Shown here: in pieces, positions 1 through 20,099 of the stretch
How the letters are laid out: each line of letters opens with the position of its first letter
How positions within the stretch are numbered: the first letter of the stretch is position 1
Assembly: GCA_964016885.1 (NCBI GenBank)
Contig: OZ024743.1
Span: 124,000,001-124,064,000, forward strand
DNA from: Eledone cirrhosa
Lineage: Eukaryota
DNA length: 64,000 nucleotides
Direction: 5' to 3'
Made by a program: the position numbers and the translations under genes
Notes under the pieces: generated by a model
What the model saw: only the letters and a program-made list of their open reading frames with translations
Databases searched by the model: none
Told to the model about the DNA's origin: nothing

Positions 1-1115
1 TCGCTTCATGTGAAAAAGACGCCTTTTATAGAGCAGAAAGTCTATCAATTACATACGCCGCTTTCACAGGAGTTGGTCAAGCCGATCTTAAAATTAAACT
101 GGCAGACATCGCTGATAGATACCTATGGGTTTCTAAATTCAAAAGGCTGATAGCTGATCTTGAAGGTGTCACCCGTCAAAAGGCCATTCTCACTAAAGGG
201 CACAAAGAGAACAAGATTGAAAACATCTCTCAAGCCGAAAGAATTGTGTTTGAAACATGGAATGCCATTCCAGAAACTTATATGAACACGAATATGCTTT
301 TAGAGTCCTGTTGATCTTTGGATCAACGTAATTATGGGAGCAGGTTTTCTCAAACATGAACATAATTAAATCCAAACATCACTCCCGCCTCACAGACGAC
401 AACCTGTAGTCGCGTGAGAAGATAAACATAACATCTTACAGCTCTGACATAGAGAAGATCTGCAGTGATGTTCAAAAGCGGAAGTCACATTAACAGATGA
501 GAACAGTATAATTTGATAAGCTATTATTTTAGAAAAAATTACCTACATATATATATACTACATATACGCATATTACATTATTATAGCTATTTAGTATTAT
601 GCGGTTGTGTTTTATATTTAGGTGCATCGGTTGAGTGAAATTTTTGGTTAAGGAAAACAACAGAAGATGAAAGCATTTTTTATCTAATTTATTTCTAAAT
701 ATGCGAGTGAACTTTTTCACCTCTTCAAAAGAGTAAAATGTTTTCCTTCTTTTACAATAAATATAGCTTGTGTGTACAACTATATATAAAACTTTCTAAT
801 ATTTGTATGAAATATGCAGAGTCCGCTAATAAACTGAATACACACTTCTAAAAAAGAAAATCTATATAAATATTTTAAATGTATTCAATGTTGCGGTACG
901 CCGTTTTGTTGAGAGAAAAATTCATTTCCATAAAGTTCATGAAAGTGGAATTTATATTTATAAAGGTATTTAGACAAGATAAATATCTATACAAGTTTTT
1001 CTGATCCTAAAAAGGGTATAAATTTATTCGGCTGATTTTGCGGCTCTTTAAGACCTCAATTTGGTGAAAGAGGGACTAATGCGACTCCCTTAACTATAAA
1101 GGTTGCCGACCCCTG
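1..1115 (+). mobile_element. 3' part of a decayed hAT (Charlie/SPIN, GTF2IRD2-like) DNA transposon: transposase C-terminus plus right TIR
   Basis: Manual + strand translation gives ...FETWNAIPETY...IFGST*LWEQVFSNMNIIKSKHHSRLTDDNL...QKRKSH* (stop at 491-493), the hAT dimerisation-domain pattern with stops and a frameshift. AGGTTGCCGACCCCTG at 1100-1115 resembles Charlie/SPIN TIRs. Confidence 0.8.
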
Positions 1116-1269
1116 GTCTATTTTATAACGCCATTGTGGTATCACAGGTTTATGATGTTTGCTGTATTCTATGTTCGATCCCTTGTGGCTAATAAAGAAA
1201 TCATCATCATCATCATTATTATTATTATCGTCATTGTAATTATTGTTATTATTATTCTCAACATCGCAA

Positions 1270-1490
1270 GGGCGGTGGATTGGCCGTATCGGTAGAGCAT
1301 CAGACAATATGCTTCGAAGCATAGAGTTACCGCCCTATACGATCTGAGTTCAAATTCCGCCGAGGTTAGCTTTGCTTTTCATCATTACGGGGTCGATAAA
1401 ATAAAGCACCAGTAATGCAATGGGGTCGATTTAATCGATTTTCCCCTCACCCCTCAAAATTGCTGGTCTTGTACCTAAATCAGAAACCAT
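1270..1490 (+). mobile_element. tRNA-derived SINE with Deu/Nin-like central domain
   Basis: A-box-like TGGCCGTATCGG, B-box GAGTTCAAATT, core TTTCATCATTACGGGGTCGATAAAATAAAGCACCAG and AAT-rich tail; more than 15 related copies in the window. Confidence 0.85.
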
Positions 1491-1659
1491 TAATATTATA
1501 TTCGTCGTCATTATCGCCATCATCATCATATTCTGCGTTAGTAAAGAAAGAACAGTTATATAGATATATATACTTAATTTGCCAGTAGGTTGTGTAATGT
1601 TTCCTTTCACTTACCGATCAGAACAGGCAATTGACAGGGAAAGAATTATTCGCCATTTA

Positions 1660-2000
1660 TTATGGCTTTGAAAGGATAACGGGCAAAGTTAACCTCGGTA
1701 GGATCTGAACTCAGAATATAAGGGGCCAGGGAAAATACTGTAATTGCATTTTATCCTACCCTCTACTAATTCTACCAATCTACCTCCTTTCCATGGCGTT
1801 AAAATACTGATTCCTGATTTAGATGCAAGGTAAAGTTGATAAAATCAACCCCAGTACTTAACTGGTACTTTATTTTATCGACCCCGGAAGGATAAAAGGT
1901 AAAGTTGATCTCGTTGAGATTTGAACTTAGAATATGAAGAGCCAGAACTAATACCGCACTTGTATTTTATCGGTCGCTCTACCAATTTTGTCAATCCACC
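1660..2000 (-). mobile_element. two degenerate copies of the same SINE family
   Basis: Reverse-strand matches such as CTGGTACTTTATTTTATCGACCCCGGAAGGAT...TTTGAACT. Confidence 0.65.
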
Positions 2001-2999
2001 CCACTTACATGGTTCTGAAATATTGGTAACTTTTATAAGAGAATAAAAAAGAAATGAATATAAAGTAGTTTATTCTTGATTTAAAGTTTCTTGTCTTCAA
2101 CTCAATTTATTATTCAGTGATGTTGTTGATAACAGAAATATTGGTGCCAAGTAAAGCTCCAGGCGCCAAAATATTCAGAACTATCTCTGTAAAAAACATC
2201 AACGATTTCATTATGACGCCAGATTAAAATAGAAAATGGAAAATATAAAAATACTTTAATTCTATCGGCGAGTGGTGTTCCGTAGTGTCGTCATGGGTGT
2301 GGAGTTCGTTTTCAATATCTCTTTTCTCAACAAAGTCATATCATCTTTCAAAGATCGATAAAGTAAGTATCAAGGTATTACTGTTGCCGATTCAATTGCC
2401 TTCGTCCCATCCTATAGTGTTTTGTGGTCTGGAGTCAATGTGAGAACTCCTTATGTGGTTGTTTAACCCTAGGTCGGTCATGATTGAGCAGACCACTGAT
2501 CAAAAGCGGTTGAAACTCGATCATCATGAATCTTTTCATGCTAGTATATCTTCGACTAAATAATTATTCAAATGTATCTTTCCCCTTTTTAATAAGGTAA
2601 TGTGTGATCGAGGGAGAGTTGGTTGTTATTTCTTGCAGTTCAAGCAACCGCGTAGGTGCTCCCTTTAATTCTGTATTGTCGATGATGTTTGACCCCAAGT
2701 CAGCAAGATTGAGCAAACCTGCGATAAATGACATTCTAGCGATCTCCACCCCATGTTTTAGAAAGTATGTAGGACTATAATAAGACAGAGTGGTGTAATT
2801 AGATTTTCGCAACTATTTCCAAGAGATCTTAATGGTGAAGCCCGATGCCGATCAACTTATGTGTTCTCATACTACGTAATTCAGCAGATGTGTCTATCAA
2901 GTATATTATATACTGACTGTTTAAACTATAATTTATACTTTCCTTTCTATATGTATATGACAGTCGATTGACTTTCGTCAAATCGGACCGAGGAAACAA

Positions 3000-3172
3000 T
3001 GTTTCCATTGGTCTTTCCAATTGCTAATCTTTCGGTCGCAACTCCAGGTAGAAGGACCAACGTGAAATAAAGTGTCTTGCCCATGGACATAACGTATCGC
3101 CTGGTCCAGGAATCGAACTCACAACCTGACGATTGAGAGATCAATTCTCTTACCACTCAGCCACACGCCTTC
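3000..3172 (-). mobile_element. second tRNA-derived SINE family (5' part)
   Basis: Minus strand GGCGTGTGGCTGAGTGGTAAG (A box) ... GAGTTCGATTCC (B box) ... GGGCAAGACACTTTATTTCACGTTG; homologous to 34503-34790. Confidence 0.7.
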
Positions 3173-3180
3173 ACAATATG

Positions 3181-3214
<34 letters not shown>

Positions 3215-3308
3215 ACTGTTTAATTTTGCTTCCTGTGTTTTGTTTTATTTCATTTATTAACTATATGTGTGTGTGTAAAAGATATATATATATATATATG
3301 TATGTATG

Positions 3309-3372
<64 letters not shown>

Positions 3373-3431
3373 GGTGCCCCAGCATGGCCTCAGCCGGATG
3401 GCTAGAACAGGTAAAAGGGTAAAAGAATATA

Positions 3432-3468
<37 letters not shown>

Positions 3469-3588
3469 TAGTAAATGAGGTTTTTTTTCCAAAATGAAAA
3501 AGACCAGATGTCCTACACGAGTGAAAGTATAAGGAAAAAAGATGAAATCGAAAATGTAACTGGAGTCTTTTTAAGAATATTTATTTGG

Positions 3589-3628
3589 TTCCTTTACCGG
3601 TTTCACAGTTCTTATGCTTTTCAAAGGT
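3589..3628 (-). ncRNA. degenerate type I hammerhead motif (U3-A8 core) next to a (TA)n tract
   Basis: Minus strand CCT-TTGAAAA-GCATAAGAACTGT-GAAA-CCGG-TA-AAGG; palindromic helix III; helix I off by one nt. Confidence 0.45.
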
Positions 3629-3648
3629 AGAATTGAGATGGAAGGTTT

Positions 3649-3711
<63 letters not shown>

Positions 3712-3775
3712 CAAATAGTTATATATAACAAATGGCTCTACATGGCTGAATACAAAAAAATGTAAATCTGAGTTA

Positions 3776-3926
3776 TTAATAATAATATTCGATTCGTTTT
3801 CAATTATGCAAACAGCCTCTTAAGCCATGTAAGTAGAATGGCATAGCAAGAATGACGAGGTCATTCTACTCACATGGCTTAAGAGGCTGTTGCCTAATTG
3901 CAAACGAATCGAATATTATTATTAAT
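3776..3926. repeat. ~65-bp imperfect inverted repeat (fold-back), related to 21690-21950
   Basis: AATATTCGATTCGTTTTCAATTATGCAAACAGCCTCTTAAGCCATGT... versus ...ACATGGCTTAAGAGGCTGTTGCCTAATTGCAAACGAATCGAATATT. Confidence 0.75.
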
Positions 3927-4059
3927 ATTTGAAAAACTCAGATTTAACCATGAATCTTTAAATAACTCCCCGCCGAAGTTAACAAAGAACTTACTAGATC
4001 TACCAAATCATAATATTATAAAATTAAATCAAATTGTTTAGATCTACAAGTGAAATCAA

Positions 4060-9560
<5,501 letters not shown>

Positions 9561-10120
9561 TCACATCCACCAGTGACCCCCCCCCCCCCCCCTTCTTTTT
9601 GATTCACTTACTTTATATCTTCACAATTTTACATATTTTACTTCCCCATTTTCTTCCACTACCTGATATCACATGTCACTTGCGTTTTCAACTCCACATA
9701 TATTCTGTTGTCTCTCATCCTTCCCCCTCCCCCTCCTCCCCCTCCTTGCCTATTCTTCTGTGACACTTTCCCGGGTTTTTCTCTCTTTTTTCTTTATATT
9801 TTACAACTTTACATTCCATTCTTTCTTTACAATCTAAATATTCCTTTTATTTCTATTAAACTGTATTTACATGATATATTCCATAAATAAAATTTCAAAC
9901 TTTAATCCTTATCTATCGACCAGTGGATGTAAACAAACAATCTTATGTTTATGAAATATTGAGCGAATTATGAATTTCTAGCTTAAATATAACTGCCTGA
10001 ATACAGGTGTTTTGACTGAGTAATTGTCGAATAAGTTCTTCGTACTTTAAAAACTTCCTTTCAAGTACCTACTTCATATAGCCTTTACATGGCATAATTG
10101 GTTCATCAATGCCCCCCCCT

Positions 10121-10163
<43 letters not shown>

Positions 10164-10399
10164 TATATATATATATATGTAAACACACACATACACATAC
10201 ACAGAATATAATCTCATTTTTATGAAGCGTTGAGCGAATTATGAATTTTGAATGTGTGTTAGCTTAAAGTTAACTGCTTCAACGCAAGTTTTTGACTATG
10301 AAAAATAGTCGAACAAGTTGGACATATAAGCCTCTAGAGACAGAAAGAAATGGACACCATCGCCTGTGAGGCTCGAATTCCCTCCTAACAAATAGCTAA

Positions 10400-11530
10400 G
10401 GCTTAAAATGACGGGAAATTTTCTCAGCTTTACAGCTGACGACATTTGAGCCTAACTAGATAAAGCTAACGGCTCCTCTGAGCTTACCATTATTTGCAAA
10501 TATTCCATTATTGTTATCAATGTTTAAATACATGTACTCAGTTTTTGTGACGTTTAGTTCCAGGCTAACAGTGTGTGCTTCGCATATTATGAGATTTAAA
10601 TGATCTTGTGTATTCTGTATTGAAGGCACAATTAAAACAATGTCATCTGCGAATAGCAAGTTTGATAACTTGATACCAGATGTGAGCTCAATGCCGTCTT
10701 CGGGATGGGCTGTTGCTTTTAGAATGTGGTCGCTAATGATGACAAGTATTTCCTTGTAATATGCCTTTCGTTATATTACATTCGGAGGATTGTTTTCTAT
10801 TGATACTTACTACAACCATTTGATTAACGCACAGGCATTCAATTGCAGCAATTATTTTCTCTTTGAGGCTGGTGCCTCGCAAGATTTTAAAGATTGCAGT
10901 TCTGTCCACACTTTCCAAAGCCTTCCGGAAATCGATGAATACAGCAACTACCGGATGTCACCATTGTTCATGTATTTCAAGTAAACATTTTAAAGTATGT
11001 ATTTGTTCAGTGCAGCTTCGAGATGGCCTAAGCCTACTGAGTGTTGCCAATGTCACTATCAAGGCTTCCTCTTAGTCTATTCAGCGGCAATCGGTTGTAC
11101 AGCTTTGCAGCCTGGTTGAATAATGATGTGCCCCTATACTTTGACATGTTACGCAAGTCACCTTTCTTGGACAGAGGCACTATAATGGACTTTCTCCAAT
11201 TAACAGGACGTGACACAGACTCAAGAACCTTATAGCATATATTTAAAAATATTGATTTCACTAAGGGGCCTCCATATTTTATGGCTTCGTTAACTAAAAC
11301 CGTGTCTGGACAAGTCATTTTTCTCTTTGGTGTTGGTGTTTTCAACACCTTCAACAGTTTTTCATTGGAAAAAGGAGCTGTACTTACTTGATGTGCACTG
11401 TTGTAGCCAAGACAGCAGTCTGTAAGCAGAGGTGATGATCTGTCTCATTTAGAGAGTAGCCCTTCAAAATATTTGCTCCACGCCGTTAATCTATCTTGTT
11501 CACTATTGAACCCCTAACATTTTCGTCTGT
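10400..11530 (-). mobile_element. decayed RTE-type LINE reverse transcriptase fragment
   Basis: ORF pieces WRKSIIVPLSKKGDLRNMSKYRGTSL, FIDFRKA.ESVDR, KGILQGNT, LFADDIVL, LNVTKTEYM. Confidence 0.85.
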
Positions 11531-11699
11531 AATGCCTTTTTGACGATTGCCTGGTTTTAAATACTTATTACTCTATATTCCTCTCTGATTTTATGATTAT
11601 TATGAAGGGTTTGCATGTTTTCACACCTGACTTTTCTACTGATTACGGAAAACACAGGAAATTAAAGAGATGGTGGTCTAACCACCACTCCCAAGCCTA

Positions 11700-12425
11700 A
11701 CTAGTTGTCCAAGCGGAATAGACGGTGCTACATCAGTATGATGTATTCACATGGAAGCCATTATGGAAATGTGATAGATCCTGCCAAAAACTACCAAAAA
11801 TATCATCACCCTATAACTTGCAAACACTAATGAAGTGTGGTAAAATCGACCAATTAATCCGAGGTGCAGAAGCCCAGAAAATTGACATTATAGCAGTCCA
11901 AGAACACTTATGGAGAGGTTCCAATGAACAAAATTCTATCTTATTGCAGAATGGTACCTGGCTCTCCTGTTAAAATAATTGTTTCTACTTTTGGAACAAG
12001 GGCAGCAATTATCCCAGTGTATTACTGGTACTTTATTTTATCGACCCCGTAAGGATGAAAGGCAAAGTTAACCTCGGCGGGATTTGAACTCAGACCATAA
12101 AGGGCCGTAACTCTTTGCTGCAAAGCATTGCGTCAGACCTTCTACCGATACTGCCAATCCATGTTAAAATAATTGTTTCTACTTTAGGCACAAGGCCAGC
12201 AATTACCCAGTGCATTACTGGTACTTTATTTTATCGACCCCAGTAAGGATTTGAACTCAGACCGTAAAGGGACGTAACTATGCTGGAAAGCATGTTAAAA
12301 TAATGCTTTGCCAAATGGAAGTGGAGGAGTCGGTGTCATAATCAACAAGCTCATGTATCACAACATGTCATCCGTCAAAGGATGCAGCGATCGAATACAG
12401 CACACTACCTTCAATGGCAATCTTC
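11700..12425 (+). mobile_element. LINE apurinic endonuclease N-terminal fragment interrupted by two SINEs
   Basis: YNLQTL..IDIIAVQEH (ORF 11725-11973), continuing after the SINEs as NGSGGVGVIINK..SDRI. Confidence 0.7.
11980..12292 (-). mobile_element. two tandem Deu/Nin SINE copies with a shared target-site duplication
   Basis: SINE core present twice; TGTTAAAATAAT at ~11968, ~12162 and ~12293. Confidence 0.85.
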
Positions 12426-12621
12426 CCTCAGTAGGCCTTTTTTCTTCCAGAGAAGGATAGAAAGTGAGAGGAAGTGAGAAAGAGATATAGAGGAAGAATC
12501 GACCCCAGTACTTGACTGGCACTTTTTGTTATCTCTCTCGCTCTCTCACTATTTCTCTCACTCTCTCTATCTATCTTTCTATCGATCTATCTCCCTCTAT
12601 CTCTCTCTATCTCTCTCTCTC

Positions 12622-12727
<106 letters not shown>

Positions 12728-12803
12728 AACTCAAAGAGCAGAAAGCCGGAACGAATACCACAAAGCACTCTAACCGACGTTCTAACGAATCTGTTAATTT
12801 GCT

Positions 12804-12921
<118 letters not shown>

Positions 12922-15865
12922 GTAATAATAATAAATGCGAAGACTAAAATCGAAAGAGGGCTCGATAAGGATAAATATACATCAAATATATAAGAACCCT
13001 AGAGCAAATATTTATCAAAATAACAGATTAAAGTTTAAGCAAAGAATCGCTGCTTTCACCCTTAACGGGATCTTCTGAAACTAAAAAAAAAATCAATCTG
13101 TGAACGCAGAAGTAAATATTTCGAAAAACGTTGCAACCGAAGGGAAACAGGAAGACGATACTTTGGTTCGTAAAGACGTTCCCTGGCAATGAACGGAAAA
13201 AAGCGAAGATAATACGTCGTTATGTGGATCGGTGAGAACAATTACATGCAAAGACAAAACCACGTTTACGGTATAAATGGAGTCATTAGACTAATATTCT
13301 ATTTAGGAAACCGAATGAATCTCGGCTTCGGAGTTAAGAATAATGTAAATAAGTTAGTTGAACGAAAATGACAGAGGTTATTAAAATAATAAAAGTAATA
13401 ATAATTAAATATATACACACATCTAAATACGTACATACACGTGCATAGGCAAAACACACGCCATGCATGCAAATACATGCACGTACACATAAAAACATGC
13501 ACACGTACGTAAACTGGCACGACACATATACCCGCACACATGCGAACGTATACACCAAATATACATATAAATATATGTGTGTGTGTGTATATACATATAA
13601 TTATATATACGTATATAAATATACACACATAAATGCGTATATAACGCACACACACACACACATACCTACAGGCAAATACACATATATTGACGGTTAACCC
13701 TATGTAGGCCCTACTAGACGTGGGTGTGTCGACCTTACATTTGTAGACAATGTTACTGGAGAGGAATTTCCCGGATAGAGGGCAGTCAACCCGATTCCTA
13801 CAATTTCTCTCCCTTATTAAGAAGCATTTCCCCTCAGCACATAAATATAATAAATATTTTTTAATAGAAATACCATTAAAATATCCCACTCCACGACTCC
13901 TAACTTTGCACAAAACATCACTGCTTCACATGTAGCTAAATTACCTAGCCGTAGTAACACGTGCAACCCTGTAACTATTACTAACTGCAATTGTAGGAAT
14001 CGGGTTGACTGCCCTCTATCGTGGAAATGCCTCTCCGGTAACATTGTCTACAAATGTAAGATCGACACACCCACGTCTAGTAGGGCCTACATGGGGTTAA
14101 CCGCCAATAGATTCATGCAGCGTCTTTACATGCACACCCATTCTTTTCTTAACCCTTTAAGAAGGAACATGACGTTACTTTCAGCTTATATCTGGAGTCT
14201 AAAAGACAACCACACCCATTATAGGTTACACTGGGAGATCCTAGCTAAAGCTAGATCGTATAACGGAAATAAAAGACCATGCGGTCTTTGCGCCGCTGAA
14301 GCCTTGGAAATACTCTACGCCAATGATCACAACTTAAACAAAAAATCTGAGACAATTTTTGCTTGTAAACACAAATTGCATAAACCTTTCCTGAATTACA
14401 GCCCCACATTATACCCTAACGAATAGTACGAACAATACGCGGATAATTTACGTCTTGATGTTGTAGCTAAGTATATTTTATGTTTATACCATTACTTATT
14501 TGTATAGGTAAGTATATATTAACTGTATGTTTTGTGAAGGTACGTATATTTTCTCGTACGCATATAAGCTTGTATATGTCATAGGAGTATATATTATATA
14601 TATTGGTATGTGTATATATGGTTATGTGTATATGTGTATTTCGTGTTTGTGCGTGTATATTTGTATGCGTATATGTGTGTATATGTGCATGCGTGTATAT
14701 ATGTATTTGTGTATATTTATGTATATTGTATACTTGTGTATATATGTGTGTATATATATATGTATATATATATATATGTGTGTGTGTGTGTGCGTGGAGG
14801 GTTGTGTGTGTGTGTGTGTGGATGTATGGGTATGCGTGTATGCATATGTGCATGTACGTGTATTATATTTGTTTTGCGTGTGTGGATTTATATATATATA
14901 TATATATATATATGGGTGTTTATGTATATGTATGTATGCGTGTACATATGTATGTGTATATTTTTACATGTATATGTATGTGTGTGTTTGTATGTGTAAA
15001 TGTGTATGTGTATATATATATGTATATATATATATGTTTATATATATATGGATTATCGTTGGGTATGTGCATGTATTGCTGTATGTTTTCTATATGTATA
15101 TATATAGGTTTGTATGAGTGTGTATGTGTGTTTGCACGTATGTATGGTGCGTAGTTGTGTACATAGGTTTTGTTATATGTACTTTGGTGAACATATGTGT
15201 ATTTACTGTAGGTATGTGTGTGTATGCATTATATACGCATTTATGCGTGTATATTTATATATGTATAAATAATTATATCTATACACACACACGCACACAC
15301 GCACACACTCACACACACATATTTATATGCGTATTTGGTGTAATACGTCGTATGTGTGCGGGTATATGTGTCGTTCCGGTTTACGTACGTGTGCATGTTT
15401 TTATGTGTACGTGCATGTATATGCATGCATGGCGTGTGTTTTGCGTATGTAGGTGTATGTACGTATTTAGATGTGTGTATGTATATATTTAATTATTATT
15501 ACTTTTATTATTTTAATAACCTCTGTATTCTCGTTCAACTAACTTATTTACATTATTCTTAACTCCGAAGCCGAGATTCATTCGGTTTCTTAAATAGAAT
15601 ATTAGTCTAATGACTTCATTTATACCATAAACGTTGTTTTGCATTTGCATGTAATTGTTCTCACTGCTCCACGTAACGACGTATTATCTTCGCTTTTTTC
15701 CGTTCATTGCCAAGGAACATCTTTACGAACCAAAGTATCTTCTTCCTGTTTTCGTTCAGTTGCAACGTTTTTCGAAATATTTAGTTCTGCGTTCACAGAT
15801 TGATTTTTTTTAGTTTCAGAAGATCCCGTTAATGTTTAAAGCAGCGATTCTTTGCTTAAACTTGA
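12922..15865. mobile_element. head-to-head Penelope-like insertion E: minus arm ~12922-13805 (internally deleted), plus arm ~13805-15865 with GIY-YIG
   Basis: CNCRNRVDCPLS.KCL..NIVYKC; ORF 14091-14426 (MGLTANRF..CGLCAAE..LNKKSETIFACKH); arms are reverse complements; same family as 30291-32942; both ends abut microsatellites. Confidence 0.9.
13032..13082 (-). ncRNA. type I hammerhead, U4A core variant (other copies 15812-15862 + degenerate, 32782-32832 +)
   Basis: AGTTT-CAGAAGA-T CCC GTTAA GGG T-GAAA-GCA..TGC-TT-AAACT; CAGAAGA in all three copies. Confidence 0.7.
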
Positions 15866-17354
15866 TAAATATATATATATATAGATAGATAGATCAACGC
15901 ATTCTATATGTATATATAAATATATATGTATGCATGTGTGAGCATCAGATTTATCAATTTAGCTCTTTTGTTAATACAATTAACTTCAGTTTCTTAAAAT
16001 CTAGCCCCTAGCTTGTAATTTAACCCCAATTTGAATAATCTAGCTCTTTTTTTTTTTTTTTTGACATTTTCCACTTATACAAGACATAATAAAAATGTAT
16101 ATGAGTGCATTTGTAATGAGTTTTGAACATGTTCAGTTTCTTTATGCGATAGGCCCTGATGGCGCCTGGCAGTTCACTCAGCGCGTTTGTACTGTTGTTT
16201 TTAACATGCCAATTTGACTTTTTTATCGTGTCAGTTTCACTTTGTCAAACTGTAGCTGGTGCGGAAGAATTTTTGTCTCTGCACTGCAGTTAGTATGAAG
16301 GAATTCTGTTGTTGTTGTTGTTGTTGTTGTAGTTGTAGGAGATGTTTTTTTTGGTGCAATTAATAATTATTGTTAGTGTTATTTTTGTTGTTCATTTTGA
16401 TCAAACAACACACAAAATATTTTAATTGCTAACGAAAATTGTCTCTTTTAACAAGAACATCAACAACTACATAAAACTAACAACATTAGAATGAACAAAA
16501 CCAACACAAAAAATAATTCTTAACTACTCGAAAAATAACCTCTATGACCTATAAAAAATAAAAAAAACACATCAAAAAAACAAAAACCAACAAAAACAAT
16601 ACAATAAATAAACTAAAAAAGTAAAAGAGTAAACAATAATAACAACATAAAAATAATTATTTTCATTGCTAACAAAAATTATCCCTTCTGACAAACAATA
16701 ATGCAACAAGAAAAACGTACAAACATTTAATAGTTCTAAAAAAGTGGTAATCAAGTTGGCCACAGCGTAGCGTCAAGCACCAAGGAAAACATTCTTCCGC
16801 GGTTTATCTCTTTTGATTTCAGACCACCTTAAACCGCCCATGCTTCTATGATATAAAATTGTTCGTTTTTAAGTGTTTATATTAATCGAAAAAAAAGCTT
16901 CCATCGTAATTTTTATGCAAGAATATTCGTTAAGTTATTGAGAAAATTAGTTATATTACTAAACCGCTTCAAATTCGTGGTTATTTTCAAAATTAAATGA
17001 AAACCATTGGCAGTGTTTTTCATCAGAGATATGGTAATGGAAGGATTATATATAGCAATCTAACAAACTGAAACTAGCATGTTATAACCAAAATTACCGT
17101 GAGTTATTAGAATAATTTAATTTATTATATCTTTCTAAATGAGTAACCATTTGAAGACACTTCAGAAATTCGGATAAAAATGATTAAATATGAAGCTATT
17201 TAGTAAGTGATAATATCAAATTCTGTAGGTGTGATATTGTAACAATGTATCGCCTGTTAATGAAATATCCATCCATCCATACGCCCTTAAATACTGATAG
17301 AGTCGTTGTGGTGACGTCATGACATGCGGCGTATCGCAGACTATATATATATAT

Positions 17355-19735
17355 AAAACATAAAAACAATCAAATCTTAGTTTAATACATTTAATTGCTG
17401 ACAATTGTTTCTTCCAACGAATGTCTGGAATCATCGGAGCATACACAATGTTTAAACAGGTAATTAAAATCCTAGTCTTCAGAATATTTATATAGCTATA
17501 TAACTATTGACAGTATCAGTGACATCATATAGAAAAGCAGGAGTTACAAACAGATGTTATGTTACAGATATCACAGTATAAGGAGCAATGGTGAAAAGTG
17601 AAATATTGAGCATATTATATATAAAGATATTCTTTAAGGTAATACATGTGCAAAAGATACAAGCAAAAAAGGTGTAAGAGAAGATAGATAAAAGATATCA
17701 TAGCATTGAAAAGCAGGTAATGTTAAGGGTATATAATGCAAAAATTAATAAAGGCATGAATGAGGTAAGAGTTATAAAATGAATAAATCAAGCATATTTC
17801 ATACAGAATATTAAAGCATGTTAAAAGTGTTTAAAATGTTAAAAATGGCATGCAATATGGTAAAGAAATATGTGGTGATAAAGTGAATAAATGTTGTGTA
17901 ATGTATAATGTAAAAAATGTAAGTAAATAACATTGGTAATTGTCATTCAAGAATGTTTATATTAGAGTTCGTGTATAAATGTATATGTTGGGTGTAAAGC
18001 AAATGTACTGTACATGGAATGTTTTTAATTTTAGTTGTAATGTGTTTGAGATGTGTACAGTTTAAAAATATATGTGTAGTAAAGATTAATTCCACTGTAT
18101 TACTAGCCATGTTAGTAGGGGAAATATATTATACAGTGCATTCCTATCTTTAAATTTTCTATTAAAAAGTAGTTCACTTTGCTTTATGTGCGAGTTCTAT
18201 TAAGAGTTATTAGACGAAGTCTAATGGTAAAAATGTCGTTAAATTGTTTTAACGTTATGAATTTTAAAAAAATAATTTAAAAAAAAAAAAATAAATAAAG
18301 GAAACGATATTCATAAGGGGAGTTAATAACAAAGGGAGGTAATTAAGGAAGTATTAAGGTTGACAATAATAGAAGGGTTGTTTTATTATTCTAAATTATT
18401 GTTTATTATCTATTGCAAATTATCATTCATTAAATTGTGTTATAAATTAATATTTATAAATTATAAAATATTATTAATGATTATTTATCAATTATATATA
18501 AAAGTTATTTGTTATTCTTATTTATTCAGATTGTGTAAAGAGAGTTAAATTATTAATAACAAGATAGTGATTTATATAATATATTGCGATGTATAATGGA
18601 GTAATTAATGTTGTGGACACTGTTGTCAGCTATTAGTGTTATATATTATTTTAGTAGTAAGGATGGAGAGCATATTAGGGTGTCTAAATTGGTTATTTAT
18701 TTATTTGGTTATTAAGAAAAATTTGATTTCTACTAGATCTAGGAAGGAGTTTATTAATATATATGTATGTTATTGTGATAATTTTGATAATTAATTAAGA
18801 GAACAGGATATCGGATAGGATGTAGGTTGGTGTGGATTGTTAAAGTTAAGGTGTAGTTATATAATTACAAAAAGCTAATGAAATAAACTTAAAGGTAGTA
18901 GTAATATAGTAATATATCAGACATTGTTATATATTAGTTATTTGGTTTGAATAGTAGAAAGAATATCTGTGGTAATATGGACACGTGGAAAATATCTGAT
19001 TTTCTATTTAGCAGGTTGAGATTTGAATGAATAATGGTGCGAGACTCAAGGAGGCAAAGGTTTCAAAGTTTGATTTGTGGTTTATACGAAGCGGCCTTAA
19101 CTATTACTCCCCATTCTAGGGTATTTGATATATTACTTGTTTTTAATGAGTTTATGTATGTGGATATTGAAGTTGCATTACTAAGTCTAGGGTTTCTAAA
19201 CAAATAGAGGTGTGAGTTATATCTGGTTTTAAAACTATTCGATGTTGAACCTATATAAACTTTCGAGATTTGATTAACAGTGACAATACAGGAGTAGACA
19301 ATGTCTTTAATAAGGCATTTATTACTTAATAGACATGTTCTATTAGGTCTACAATTACAATTGTTATGGTTAGTAGTATATTGGTTAAGGGGGTATGCTG
19401 TTGAACGGTTATTACTGTTTATACTTCTAGTATTAAGATTATGGTAAGTATTAATGTCATTATTATTGGTATTATTACTATTATTTGCAATATAGTCCTG
19501 TACTGAGTTATTATTAAGGTTATTTCTATGTTGGACATTATTAACTTGGTGTAATTTGAAGTATTTACTAATCTTCTTTTTGTTACTGCTAGCTATATGG
19601 TCCGCAATGTTAGGTGTGGTAGAGTAAGAGATTTTAATAGTATTTTTGTTAAATAGATTATGGTATTTATGGTTAATGGAGAAGTTTTTATCTATAATTG
19701 AGAAGAAAGCTTTAGGTATGTTGGTGGAGACATTT
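17355..19735 (-). mobile_element. 5'-truncated decayed Penelope-like element D (linker, GIY-YIG, long AT-rich 3' UTR)
   Basis: Manual minus translation: FFSIIDKNFSINHKYHNLFNKNTIKISYSTTPN, NCNCRPNRTCLLSNKCLIKDIVYSC, KVYIGSTSNSFKTRYNSH; (TA)n at both ends. Confidence 0.8.
17396..17441 (-). ncRNA. minimal type I hammerhead, U4C core variant
   Basis: TGCT-CCGATGA-TTCCA GACATTCGT TGGAA-GAAA-CAATTG-TC-AGCA; palindromic helix III; ~40 nt from the element 3' end. Confidence 0.75.
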
Positions 19736-20099
19736 ATTTATATATATATATATATCTGTTACATAGTCACTCCATCTGTCTGTATCTCTCTCTCTCTCTC
19801 TCTGCACACACTCACTCTTTCTTTCTCACTCTGTCTATATATATGGTAGTTGAAGGGGAAGTGGTGGTGGTGATATACCGGAAGTTGAAATTTGAAACTT
19901 TTAAAAGAAGTGAACCTTGAAATAAGTAATACATTAAATTATTTATGTTTAATCATGTGTTATAAAATTTAGTAGATAAATTACATAATATTCATTCATT
20001 ATTTATTCAAAGTAATCCAACTTATTTTACTAACGGGATAAAAAAAATATAAAACGGACGCTGTCCCGAACCCTCCCTTTATTATATTATAGATACCAG

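Noticed and set aside
9945-10320. Diverged ~90-bp direct repeat around a CA tract
   Set aside because: Short and unstructured; no further signal.
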